DNA of 64,000 nt from Phoronis australis (taxonomy: Eukaryota; Animalia; Phoronida), in the NCBI GenBank assembly GCA_002633005.1, contig NMRA01000211.1, forward strand, positions 1-64,000, given 5' to 3'. The translations under genes and the position numbers were made by a program. The notes beneath the pieces were generated by a model that worked only from the letters and a program-made list of their open reading frames with translations, searched no databases and had not been told where the DNA came from. Shown here in pieces: positions 12,844 to 24,700 of this stretch (its first letter is position 1; every line of letters begins with the position of its first letter).

Positions 12844-13884
12844 ATGAATATCTTTAAGTATCGGAACAAGAACACATTTGTTGTGCAGTCACTTCGTGCT
12901 TTTCTGGTCCTCGGAACCCTGTTGCTATTGATCAAGTTCATGCAAAGAGCGCGCAAACAGACGGCACGTGACACGGAAGTTCTTAGGTGGCAGAACATTT
13001 CCCCCGAACACATCGAAACAGCTCAGAGAAATCTTACAGTGACCCAATCAAACATTGCAAGTATTCGTCCAAAGATTGAGAGTGTGTGTAGCAGGAATAT
13101 TTTTCTTATTATTGTAATTCTGACGGAGACCAAACGATTTTCAGAGCGTCGTGCAATTCGAAACTCGTGGGGTAAGTCTCCTAATAACGTGTCCTTTCGC
13201 AAAAGATGGCTGACATTATTTGCTGTTGGAAAGTACACGAGCAGATCTGATGTGTTTGAGAAAGAGCTCGATGAAAACAACGATTTGTTCATTGGAGACC
13301 GACCCAGCTCAGGTGATAGCGCTGAACTGTTTCTGGATGTAGTCAGATGGGTTCTGAGCGAATTTCACGGCTGCATTCCGAAGTTCATTCTCAAGAGCAC
13401 AGTGAATATATATGTGAACCCTCTGGCGGTGATACCATGGCTTGAAACCATACAGACAGATAAAGTTTATATGGGACGCAAAGTCAGATTGCATGAAGAA
13501 ATAGCACAAGAACAAAATTTTCAAATTCAAGAATACATCGATGGTCCCGTGGTTTTGTTTTCAACGACGTCCCTAACTGAGATGATAAAACAAGAGGAAA
13601 AACATGAAAATGATCGCCGAGTATTTAACCATGTGTCTGAAGCTGTATGTCTCGGAATGCTAGCAATGAGGGGCGGAGTTACGGCGCAAAACAGCAAAGA
13701 ACTTATGGCACTCCACTACAATCACGTGAGACGGATCCCTTGTGGATACGCAAACATTTTCCTGGGGTCAGAGGTCAAGCCCAGTGGACACTCGACTATT
13801 TATAAACACATTTTGAAAGATCTCAATAATCCATCTTGCGCTGGTTACGATTTAGTGAACAGAAAACGAACTGATCTGAGGTGA
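12844..13884 (+). CDS. Beta-1,3-galactosyltransferase-like (GT31 family) type II membrane protein, 346 aa, catalytic motifs degenerate
   Basis: TM anchor FLVLGTLLLLIKF; motifs FLIIVIL...ERRAIRNSWGK, LFAVG, E...NDLFIGD, PKFILK....YVN, YIDGPVVLFS. The ATG follows a ttttattgcag acceptor at 12834. The ORF-track start at 12640 is probably intronic read-through. Confidence 0.85.
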   Translation: MNIFKYRNKNTFVVQSLRAFLVLGTLLLLIKFMQRARKQTARDTEVLRWQNISPEHIETAQRNLTVTQSNIASIRPKIESVCSRNIFLIIVILTETKRFSERRAIRNSWGKSPNNVSFRKRWLTLFAVGKYTSRSDVFEKELDENNDLFIGDRPSSGDSAELFLDVVRWVLSEFHGCIPKFILKSTVNIYVNPLAVIPWLETIQTDKVYMGRKVRLHEEIAQEQNFQIQEYIDGPVVLFSTTSLTEMIKQEEKHENDRRVFNHVSEAVCLGMLAMRGGVTAQNSKELMALHYNHVRRIPCGYANIFLGSEVKPSGHSTIYKHILKDLNNPSCAGYDLVNRKRTDLR

Positions 13885-14668
13885 CTAGATATATTGACAA
13901 AAACTCGACTGCGTGTTTAGGTGGAACTGTGTTACTTTTAATTAAGGGATAATCTGATCATTTCTAAAAATATTCAACGAAGCAACAAAAGCCAATTAAA
14001 ATCCCATTGCAGGCAGTTGATTTATTCAAAATGTAAGTGGACAGAATACTGGAACCTTGGAGAAACTGAAAAAACTTGCTGAATGACCATGAGCATTATA
14101 CGTTCGTTTAACAGACTGGACACTGGATTTCCACAACAGACTGTTCTGAAAAACACAGTCGTTTTGAATTCAAATCTTCGGTTTTTCTGCGAACTTACAG
14201 TGTATGCATATCGTTCGCGCTTCTGTGAATACCCCTAGGTCTAAACAAGAAAGTGTTTAAATTTCAATAGCTGTACTTAGAGAAATCCTTCGTTTAGGAT
14301 TACCTAGTATCAGGATACTGAGGTAAGCCAAACTAGTTTTTTCAAAGACTGCAATGTTGTTGTGCTTTTTTTTTGCTTTTGCTCTTTTTGTTAATGACAA
14401 AGTTGAACGTTCTGCAGAGGACGGCAAAACAAACTAAACAAGATAGGTACATCCTGCTCAATTTATAATCCTCTAAGTTTGGGGTCCCTTTTTACATTAT
14501 CTCTTTCAGACCTATGACTAGTCTACATAGTATCACTCAGTCAATGGAGAAATCAAATCTTCGACTTTTGGAATCATTGTATGGAAGAGGAACCAAGTTG
14601 TGCACCGATATGCAATACACTGTCATAGTCTCTTAAATATGAGCAGCATGTCATAAAAATTATTTTAA

Positions 14669-15240
14669 AAGGATACTAAACCCCGTTTCATGATTTCAAC
14701 TAATCCTGTCTAAGCTCTGTCACCTGCTAATGCATCACTGGTGTGGACCTTATTACTAAAAAAACGGCTAACGGGTTTTGTTCAAGGCCTATGAATTGTG
14801 CATTCGCCCCCCGAGTCTCCCTGGGTGCGCGCATATCCGAGTCAGCAATTCGCACCCCGAACTGCCAAATGGTATCTGGGAGAATTTTAGGGGGGGAGGG
14901 CATGACGCCCTTGGCCCCAACACTCATACTCCCTACGTCACACGTTGGGTATTATGATTAGGACTGAACCCAACACTCATACTCTCTATGTCGCACGTTG
15001 GATATTATGGTTCTTAGAGGGCGGTCTTTCACCACAGTTGCCGTGTAACTCGCTAATACGAAGGTCACGCTTGCCCGTTTAGCAGATTTTCAGGCCGTTT
15101 TCAGATTCTTCTTCCAACTTTTGAGTGTTTTCGAGGGTTACAAAGCATTATTTTGTTTCAAATAACCGGATGGGAAAGTCGTTTTTAATATCTGTTAATA
15201 GGCGGAAACCAGGTTTGGTATCTTTTTAAATGAGCGATGC
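14669..15240 (+). mobile_element. Kolobok-like non-autonomous element (left part), copy 1
   Basis: Starts TTAA|aaggatactaa; homologous to the reverse complement of 23170-23554. Contains a ~43-bp direct duplication (14917-14960, 14968-15010). Confidence 0.6.
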
Positions 15241-16029
15241 ACGTCTGAGAACGTCCGTTGAGACGTTTATTTTATCTAAATTTCAAAGACCATTTTATTT
15301 AAAGACAAATAAATATTATGCCTAGCCAAATGGTTCTCGATCCAGGACCTCTCTTTAAATGATAATAGTGTAGTGTTTTGTCCAAGAACGCTGGAATAAC
15401 TACAAAATGTGCAGCTTTAATTAATATTGTTACAGTTTATTTTCAAGAAGGAGGATCAAAATATGAGTTTGCAGTTCTACAATAGTTCTTACGTCAAGTT
15501 AAAGTATTCATTACATGCAACAGATATAGTATGAAAAAGTACAAATTATTCAGGCTGGAAACTATCTTTATATATAATACAAATGGAATATGTTAAAAAA
15601 ACGAAGTCTTGACATGTTTCAATATGACCAACATCATCAAGAGAAACAAAATGTTTGTTTCTGAAAATCATTATTTTCTTAAAATTATAACTTACTTTTT
15701 TTTCACTGAGACCATTTGAAACAGTATATGCTACACAATAATTTAATATATGGCAAACAATAAAAACAGAAGTGCGAGCAACTAAGACAATAATACGATA
15801 CACTAAAATTAAAAGTGCCTTTAATTGGCAAAGATGAAAATCTCACTAAATCGACATCATAGAAGCTCTTTGTGTTAACTTGAAATGGACGCTGAGTATT
15901 GTACGTTTGCCAAATCTCAAAAATAAAGAACAAAAGTAAGTTGTAATAGTTTTTGCTTCTAAATATTTAACGAAAATGGTGACAGCGTTTTTGTGCATGG
16001 AATTTCACAAATTTGAGCTTGAGAAATGA

Positions 16030-16455
16030 CAACTATTACTTGGAAGCTTGTCGTTATGTAAACACTCCTGTAAGTGAAAGACTTTGCTTGTGCCGTGACT
16101 CTGGCTCTGTGGAGGATGAGCTACACTTTGTGTTTTGATTGTTCTCTTTATAACTCACGGGGGTCTATTCTGTTTAATAATGTTTCTCTTCAAATCCCGA
16201 ACTTTGTAGATTTCAGTAGATTAGATAGGTTAAAACTGCTATTTCAGTATTTCCCTAGCCGATTTGCCAAATATATCAAGTCTGCTTTGAATTTAGAAAC
16301 CGTCGCATTTATGGTACATCTTAGTTGTGTGGTTAAAGTGACTAATAAGCCCAACTGGGCTGGGTACTTATTTTTCTTAGAGAATGTTAGACCTATAACT
16401 GTTTGAATTTATCGTATTTGTCACTATAATAAACAAATACAATACAATACAATAC
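16030..16455 (+). mobile_element. 3' end of a 5'-truncated LINE (RTE-X-like) with microsatellite tail
   Basis: LLEACRYVNTPVSERLCLCRDSGSVEDELHFVFDCSLY (CCHC-type zinc knuckle), then AATAAA at 16428 and a (CAATA)n tail. Confidence 0.8.
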
Positions 16456-19400
16456 CACCCCTAATAGTGCGTGTCACTATTTAATTTCATTTTTTTTTTA
16501 ATTTGACTTTCCTTGCCTGTCACTGAACATTTGTCAGTTGAAAAAATTCTGCTAAGTAAAGTAAAATCACTCTCATTAAAAAATCTTGAATAAACTTGTT
16601 GTGAAAGCCTTCTTTTTCAACGTTGAATTCCAAGCTTGGAAAATCTTGCATCTTGGTTTCCATTGCTATGCAGGATTGCATGGGATTGCTGACCACTAAT
16701 ATTATATAAGCTGGCTATCTTTAGCGAATTTCTTTACCAAGCATTCTTTACGAAGTGGCTCATAATCAAGGTACATGTAAATGCGTCTCACAACCTGTTC
16801 ACGCGTGACAACGTAACACTGAAGCCTGCTAAGATGCACATGTAGGGACGTCGCTTGCAGGGTTATGCAATGCCAGTGTGGAACCATGTTTGAGGTAGGT
16901 AAAAAAGTCTTGGAAATAAAGCCCAAATTTGACTTATACTAAAAAAGCTTGAATTTTCACCTAAATTAGTATTAGTTGCAAGCATATTCAAGCTGAATGA
17001 AACAACGTGTAACCAGGTACAATCGCTGACGACTTCTCACAACCAGGTGTACGTTTCGTAGACGCGAGAACCGAGATATCGCCATACCAAGTATAGCACA
17101 CCTTAGCTTCCTCCCGAGATTCCTACGTAAACTGGTCTCAGACTAGGCTTCAATCTTGCTCATCGAATTTTGTAAACGGGATTAGTGGCTCCGACGAGAT
17201 TATAACAAATTGGGTTCCAACACAATGCAGGATGAAATGGGACAACATACCTGTGCAGATAAAAGGCCCACCCACTATAACTCGAGAAATATGAGACATA
17301 TCACGTAGTAGGTCTCATGCTACAACGACTGCTGTTTGTGGAGTGTAAGATTTTTTTTTTTTGTTTCCTTCAGCTATTTTATGTAACCACGTGATCTGCC
17401 TGTGTTACAGACGCTACAAATAAAGACCAACAATCCACTTTTTTGCCTCAAAACAGATGTTTCAAGTAGCTATTCCGGGCATTTTGGAGCTGTCTTCTAT
17501 GCGTAGTCTCGAGCAATACATTTTATCACTCAAATGTGCGTTTTGTCTCTGACGTGGGGCAAAACGTAACGTTTTTTTCTTTGTGTGGTATGGTTTTGTC
17601 ATGTGGTCAAATGCCATGTATATGTACTGTCCAAAAGAGTATGAAATGGCAAATACAGTACCTTATAATCATTAATATACATTAAAAGGTTCAAATTGAT
17701 ATTGCAATATTTTTGCATAAGAAAGAACATTTCCAGGACTTTTTACCCTATTGTCCAAACAATGCAAACGTGCAGTGCCGTTCAGTGCAAAACTTTAAAC
17801 TTATAAGCAACCTGCTCAACAAAAAAATAATATGATTTTAGTGCTCGATTTAGCAGGTCGTCGATGGGACTTCATATTGAGTTTAGCCATCTGGGAAAGA
17901 TCCCATGTCGCCAAGCAGTCGCCACAACCAGTATCAAAGTCAGACAATAGTTCCCCCCGAACTTAGTTTCAAAATCCATGGTGACGTTCAAACTTTAAAT
18001 TACTTACAGTTTTCTTAGATTCAATACTTTTGATTCACAGTTGTTCAACTATTTTTGCGAAATCATTGCATTTGCCAGTCAGCACATATCAAACTCGGTA
18101 GTCAGAATTGTCCGGCAAAAATCGGGCAAAATCGAACCATGAAGCACACGCCTCCAGCGTATCCGATCGCCTGCGTCCTTCGATTGCAGGATAAATTGAG
18201 GCAGATACATGTATTTTATGGTGCATATTTCTTATGGGGCGAAATGGAAGATGTATGTGTAATTTTTGAAAACGGAATACAACACGACTTTTTTGGGTTG
18301 ACGATCTCGATGTCAGACACGGCGACATCAGATTTCGTTTTGCCGACCTGGGATTTTTCCGAAGTCGCATTTAGCGACTTGACCTAAAACTTAGCGTCCA
18401 GCACTGGATTGGCTTTAAATGTAAGCCAAAGGTCAATGACCAACAAAATAACATACCCGCAGTGTTTGGTCGCAGACTTGCAACGCAGCATTCGTCAAGC
18501 AGAAATCACAACACCGAGATATGGCCACGTACACGCAGTGTATTGTACGAAGACACTTGGCTTACCTCAAAATCCAACTGCTGCCTGGGCATTTTGGTAA
18601 CTGGCCCAGTTATGTTGCACATCTATCAGAAATAAAGAGGAACAAATTTTTGCAACGTTAAACAAACGTTTTAGGTTTTAAAGGTCACATTTCTTGTCCA
18701 ACTTTCAAATATGCTACTTACAAACTATTAAAACGAAAGTTAAAACTACTACTGTCGCCCCCAATGTATCTATGGTGGGTCTCATTATCTAGAGAATGAT
18801 AACAGCAGCCTGAGGCGATTTAATTAACCACAACAGCATGATGTCTTTGATGTAAACCGACAATTTCTGAGGCGCGCAAGTCGGTCGAGTTGCCCAATCT
18901 CGACCGGATAGGGTGTCAACATAGAATTCTTTTACTGAAGCTTGCGATCTCGCGCAACTCAGCATGTCATTTGCGTTAATCAATTCATGATTCTAATTCA
19001 ATCGTAACAAAGGGCCATGATTTCGGGTGGGAGAAGAATACTTTCATATAGGTAACTGAAGCCGTCAAGAAACTGTATTTTGGCATGCACTTCGGAGCAT
19101 GCCCTTATTTACTGTTGACATTCAGATCTCTTCGTAATATCTCGGTTAATTTCTTTGCAGTGGCTGCTACTCTTGCCTATATTTGCATGTATACTCATGT
19201 ATTTTCATAATGGCCGCTGGAACTTTGCAAATCTCAAGCGCTTACTGTTGTAGGCCTATCATTTTCTGTGTATACTTATAGAGGGCGCCGCCATACACAT
19301 GTTAGCGGACACGCCTCGTATATTACAGCATTTCTGTACCAATTTCAGGTTTCAGCCCGAGCTGCCCATGCCACCGCAACACATTTTAACTAGATCGAAA

Positions 19401-20839
19401 CACTGTAATGATTTTTTTGACTCAAGCAGAGTACAGTTGTTACAAATGAAATTTGGTTCATAAATTTTGTGAAATGGACAGCTGCCATAATTCAGGAGAA
19501 ACACCCCGTGTGAGGGCAGAATACGCATGTATTACGAACAAAATTTTAAAATTCCGTCCGATACTCAATCGTGAAATCCTACTTAGCGGTCTTGCACTGC
19601 CACACTGCGCTTTGTTTCACCTCTTTGTCTTCTGACAAGCTAATAGTGAAACGTAAGTTTGAAGGGCTGCATTCAGTTTGCATGCAGTTGTATTCGCCGT
19701 ATCACTTTTACACATAAAATTTCTTCATGTAATCGTATGAAATTCAACTGTGTGGGTCCATATTTGATGTGCAATGCGAGTGCAATGTGTATGACACTAA
19801 ATCCTACACGTTCAATCTAAAGACTTCCAAAGCTGTGTGGATTCAGGGTTGGTTAACTTCCAGTTAGCTAGCTGTGAATGACTGAACGTTTAAACACAGC
19901 CAGTGAATAATGAGGGTAAAAATTTGGCAATTTAAGGGAAGCTCGTATTTTCAGTTAGTCACATCTCTATTTGCAACCCCGTCGCAAACTGTAGCAGACT
20001 GTTCGGTGTAGTGTTTGCAACTCCTCCGGACATTCAAATTACACCTTCCGTTTCAGCCGTTTAAAAGAAACATGTTTATCTTTTGGAAGATGCTGACACG
20101 TTTGCAGAAGCAAAACTTGCGATTTCCGTTCGCTTTATAACTAAAGCGCCATCTATATCTAAGGGCCTTGATGGTCGTTTTTCATGTGCAGTGTGGGACT
20201 GTTTTCGGCTCACCTGGCATGACTGCCTTTTTTGTAAATACTCAGGTTATCCTTAGACCATACAGGTGGCTCTATGACTGAAAGTAGAGAACTTGGGAAT
20301 TCCCTACATTCTCATATACGAGGTCTCGTGACTAAGTGTTATTCCAAGTTCTAGCACAACAACTTGACCTCAATATTTTTGTTTGCAAGGATTTTAGCCT
20401 GCTACAGCGATAATGGAGTCAGTGAACCCTACACATTTTGCCTACAGCCACATAATTGCGGCCTACAATAGCTATTCATTGGTGTCGATGCTGACCTTAA
20501 GTTGTTTGACAGGAGGGTCGCAGTAGATCTGTGGTAAGTTAGGCCTACTACGCTTCGCATATAAGTGCCGGAAACAAAACTATCTCGTGTGGACTAGACT
20601 AGACCAGTGGCTGTGTCGGGCATCAAAAATAAGGTATGACTGACAGTAGTAAGGTTTTCCACTGGTCGTTTAAGCAATACACCTGTGTAAAAGAATCCAG
20701 GGTCTGTCTGAACTCCAGTGTCTAGTCCGCGATGTGTTTGAAAAGAACGTGGGTGCACTCACGAATGCCATGCAAGCTCATCGGACACCAAGCCCATCGG
20801 ACTTTCTCTACTGTAACGGAGGCTTACATACATGTAGAC

Positions 20840-21393
20840 ACTCGCCGTAAAATGACACTCGTAATTACGAGCGTAAATTAAATTCCAGGAGTGCCGCCGT
20901 ACACTTACGCTCGTAAATTAAATGGGAAAAAGTTTCGCCGTAAAATTACGCTCATTATAACGAGAGTTAAATTGCAAAAGTGTTACAGTAAAATTACGCC
21001 CGTAAATTAAACGGGGTAAATTACGCTCGTAAAATACCTAAGAACGTTCCAGATTCAAGCCAATCAGTATTAACGTAACATACACGACTGTTAAATAATT
21101 GCTGGTCAGCTCGTTCTTGCACAAATCACTAACGTTGCAGCAGCAATTTGATCTGCCATGATTCAGCGCTCGTAACGTAGACATGTAGGCTAACGCGTCA
21201 GTAAATAAGTATTTACATGAGCATTCGCGAACGTGAGTTGTAAAACAAAAAGTCATTGGCTAAGAGTTTAAACTAAATTCCGAGCGTAATTATACGGCGT
21301 CAAGAATGAAATTACGCTCGTGATCTTACGGCGTAATTAACGACGTAAATAACGGCGTAATGTACATAATTACGCTCGTATTTTTCCGGCGAC
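20840..21393. mobile_element. MITE-like element with multiple ttacgctcgtaa subterminal repeats
   Basis: Imperfect inverted ends tcgccgtaaaa / ttttccggcga, plus many direct and inverted copies of ttacg(ctc/agc)gtaa in both arms. Confidence 0.6.
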
Positions 21394-21681
21394 ACTTTCC
21401 CCCAACGGCCCAATTCCCCCGTGTTACACCGATGGCACGTCACGTCAATTTTTTAGCTAACGTGGAAAACCGAGCATCAAATGCTTTAAACGGAATGAAG
21501 TTGCACGTTTCTCGACATTTCCTAGTGCTCACACTTTTGCAGGAGTTTGTTTTGAAATTAGGATTTAAATGTAATTATTTAAGATGACTACATTATCTGC
21601 TCTTTTCCTCGATGATCACGCATGCAGTGCTCATTCTGGGAAAAACTATTCCTTTTTATAGACCTTTGTAGATATAGAAGA

Positions 21682-21799
21682 ATGTTTGAATTCACACACT
21701 TGGTGGCGCTGGTTGTCCTATGGCTGGTTTACAAAATATACCAATGGCGGAACAACGTTCTTCTTAATATACCGGGACCACCGTGTCTGCCTTTCATAG
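21682..21799 (+). CDS. CYP exon 1 (membrane anchor, proline hinge)
   Basis: MFEFTHLVALVVLWLVYKIY...IPGPPCLPFI; donor gtaaag. Confidence 0.9.
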
Positions 21800-24700
21800 G
21801 TAAAGTCTTCGTGTACAGTATTCATCTATTTTATTTCCACATGACTGTCACTGCTCCTCCCAAATAACCATTGGTGCAGAGCTGTGTGTTTGAACCATCC
21901 CCGGCAGTATAGCAGTTAAGTGCAACTTAAGACTTGTGGGACCTTATCGACGGTGTGTTTATCCGAATATCTAGATAACTGACTCAAAAGAAGAAACTCT
22001 GCAGAATTTGACTATTAACTTGATACGATTCTGCAGTCAATTGGGTCACGTGACAATGTCTTTTTAGAGTTAGCCAAATTTGGACATCATTTCTATTAAC
22101 CTTAAATTTTCCTGGTAAAGTTCTTTCTAATTCAGACAAGTAGACAGTTATATAAACAAATGCTTAAACCTTTTTCCGGTTAAAGATTTGTGGGGTTTAC
22201 ATGTTTCTCGACATTTTTTGTCTGCAAATATAGCTGTTTTTTCTTTGATCTCATTGGCTGGTTTCTTTCTGATTGGCTGATCGGTGTCCCATAATCTACT
22301 GCAGATATTACACAAATTTCTAACCGTAAAAAACAGTGGCTTCAAATTTAAGAAATTCTTCAGCATTTACGACTATGCATACCTTTCTCGCCCTACATTT
22401 ATCTATTAAGTTTTACATTAAAGAAATCTGTCGGGGTCTCTCATTTTGTGGATAAGGTTTCCGGCGTTTGGTAGGCCAATGAGAGGGTTTTTTTCAATTA
22501 GTTTGTAACTTATAAATACGAAAATGTATGTAAATGTTAAGAAGTTCGTGCATGGTAACTCGAAAGGTACGAATTTTTTTACAGGTAATTTGCATCAGTT
22601 GGACCCGATTAAACCACACATTCAATTCACAAAATGGAAGGATGTTTACGGAGACATCTTCCGGGTGAATTCATTCGGACGGTACAGCGTGGTCGTCAAC
22701 AGTATGGACGGAATAAAAGATGTTCTAATCAACAAAGGAACTGAGTTCGGCGGGAGGTTAATTCATTCACTTTACTCCATGAGCCTGCATACGGTGCTAA
22801 TGCTTGGGGTCAATTAAGTAAAAAAGTGGCTTAAATGTTTTCCCCACTGCCCCCACAGATTTGGTACTTACTCTCGGCTTTTATCCAAGTTAACTCCGAA
22901 GTTAAGAGGTGGATTTAACTGCGAAGCGTCGACGCTTCAGTATAATGAGAAGACTTAATCGAAGTTATCGTCATGTGTCACTGCGTTAATTTGCCAACAG
23001 CGGGCGGTATCGAGTAAATATTTATTGATATTTCGTTCCAATATTTGTTATTTTGGCAGTATAAGCTTTCTATTTCAATTTGTCCGCGTGCTTGCTGGAT
23101 TCTTTCCTTTATGAGGCTGATTTTATGAGACTAAAATTTCGAATTCAAGTTTCGTTTTAACCTGTTAAAGAGGGCGAAATGCTGTTTTAAATGGATGCCA
23201 AATCGGGTTTTGGCCTGTTAACAAATACTGTACTAAAAACGACTTTCCCGTCCAGCTCTGGGCAAATTAATGCTCTGTAACCCTCGACAGCCCTTGAAAG
23301 TTTGGAGGAAAAGTTGAAAACTCCTTTCAAAGTCTGCTAAACGGGCAAGCGTAACCTACGCTTTTAGCGAATTACACGGCAACTGTGGGAAAATACCACC
23401 CACCAAGGACCGTGATGTCCATTCTGTGACATAGGGCGTATGAGTTTTTAGTTTATATTACTGCATTTAACTTGGAAGATTGACGCCAGTGAGGTGTTAG
23501 CAGGTGACAAAGCGCGGATTGGTTGAAATCATCAAAACAGGACTTAGTGTCCATTTAAGTAATGTCTCGCTTTTGATGCAAATTTAACAATTTTTCAAAG
23601 GAATAGTGCTTCTAGGAAACAGTCGCCGACGTGTCAGTTTGAAATAGAAGGATTTTCGACTGACGACAGTGGGGTCTAAGTTGCAACCAGCCCATTTTAT
23701 GATATTTGTTGCTGCTGTTTCTGTATGTGCCATTTTCTGTCAAAAAAAATGATTTAAACGTAAACACTTGCATTTATAAATTGTCACCAATTGTCCTTAT
23801 TCATAAAGAAATTTCTATGCTTAGGGAAGAGTGGTAGTAAGTCCTTGTTTGATTAGAAATGGCTGCCATTGCAGAAAGATATGCTCAGAGTCAGGGCTTT
23901 CGATATTTGGCAGGATTAATCGTGCATTTTTTGTATCATTGGAAGAACTAAAAATGTTTAGATCAGTTGTTGATCAATCATATAATGTGCACCATGATTC
24001 TAACTAATGACACTGCAATCATTATGTGGTTTTCAGGCCTCAAACATTGCGTGCTCTCTTGTTTGGGAAAGGGTGTAACATCGGTTCTGTGCCACATTCA
24101 ACTCACCTTCAACACAAGAAGAAAGTGGGCTACTGGGCCATGAGAAGCTATGCCGTAGGCATTGAAAGGTAATCTTTTGGTTGTCTTATGCTTTGACGCT
24201 TTTGTTTATGGATAGGACCATCGAGAGTTGCAATACACCCCTCAACAGACCATTGCAATTAGGTCTCATATCGAAGGTAATGTTTGAATGAGCCTCAAAA
24301 CCCTCTTTCAAAGGGCTCTTTGCTTACACAAAACGCATTAACCGTGTTCTCTCTCACCCATTGGTCGGGTTGAAACATGAAATGTATTCCTTGTCAGTTG
24401 TGTTTCAAGGTTTCGATTGACACGTATTTGAACTGACCGTTTTCATTATGAAGGCTCGCCGATCAAGAATTTGGTTGAATTGAAACAACATTGAGTGATC
24501 AATACACGACTAGAAATTTGCAAGTTAGGCTATAAACATCGCTCGAATGTGAACAGCGGTAATGATCCTTGCATGCACCTTCTTTGTTATTGTATTATGT
24601 TATAGATTAGAAGCGGCAATAGCTGATGAGACGAAAAAAATGCTGGATAGAATGTCAGAGTTTAAAGGCCAACCGTTTGACCCCATCCCGTTTCTTCACA

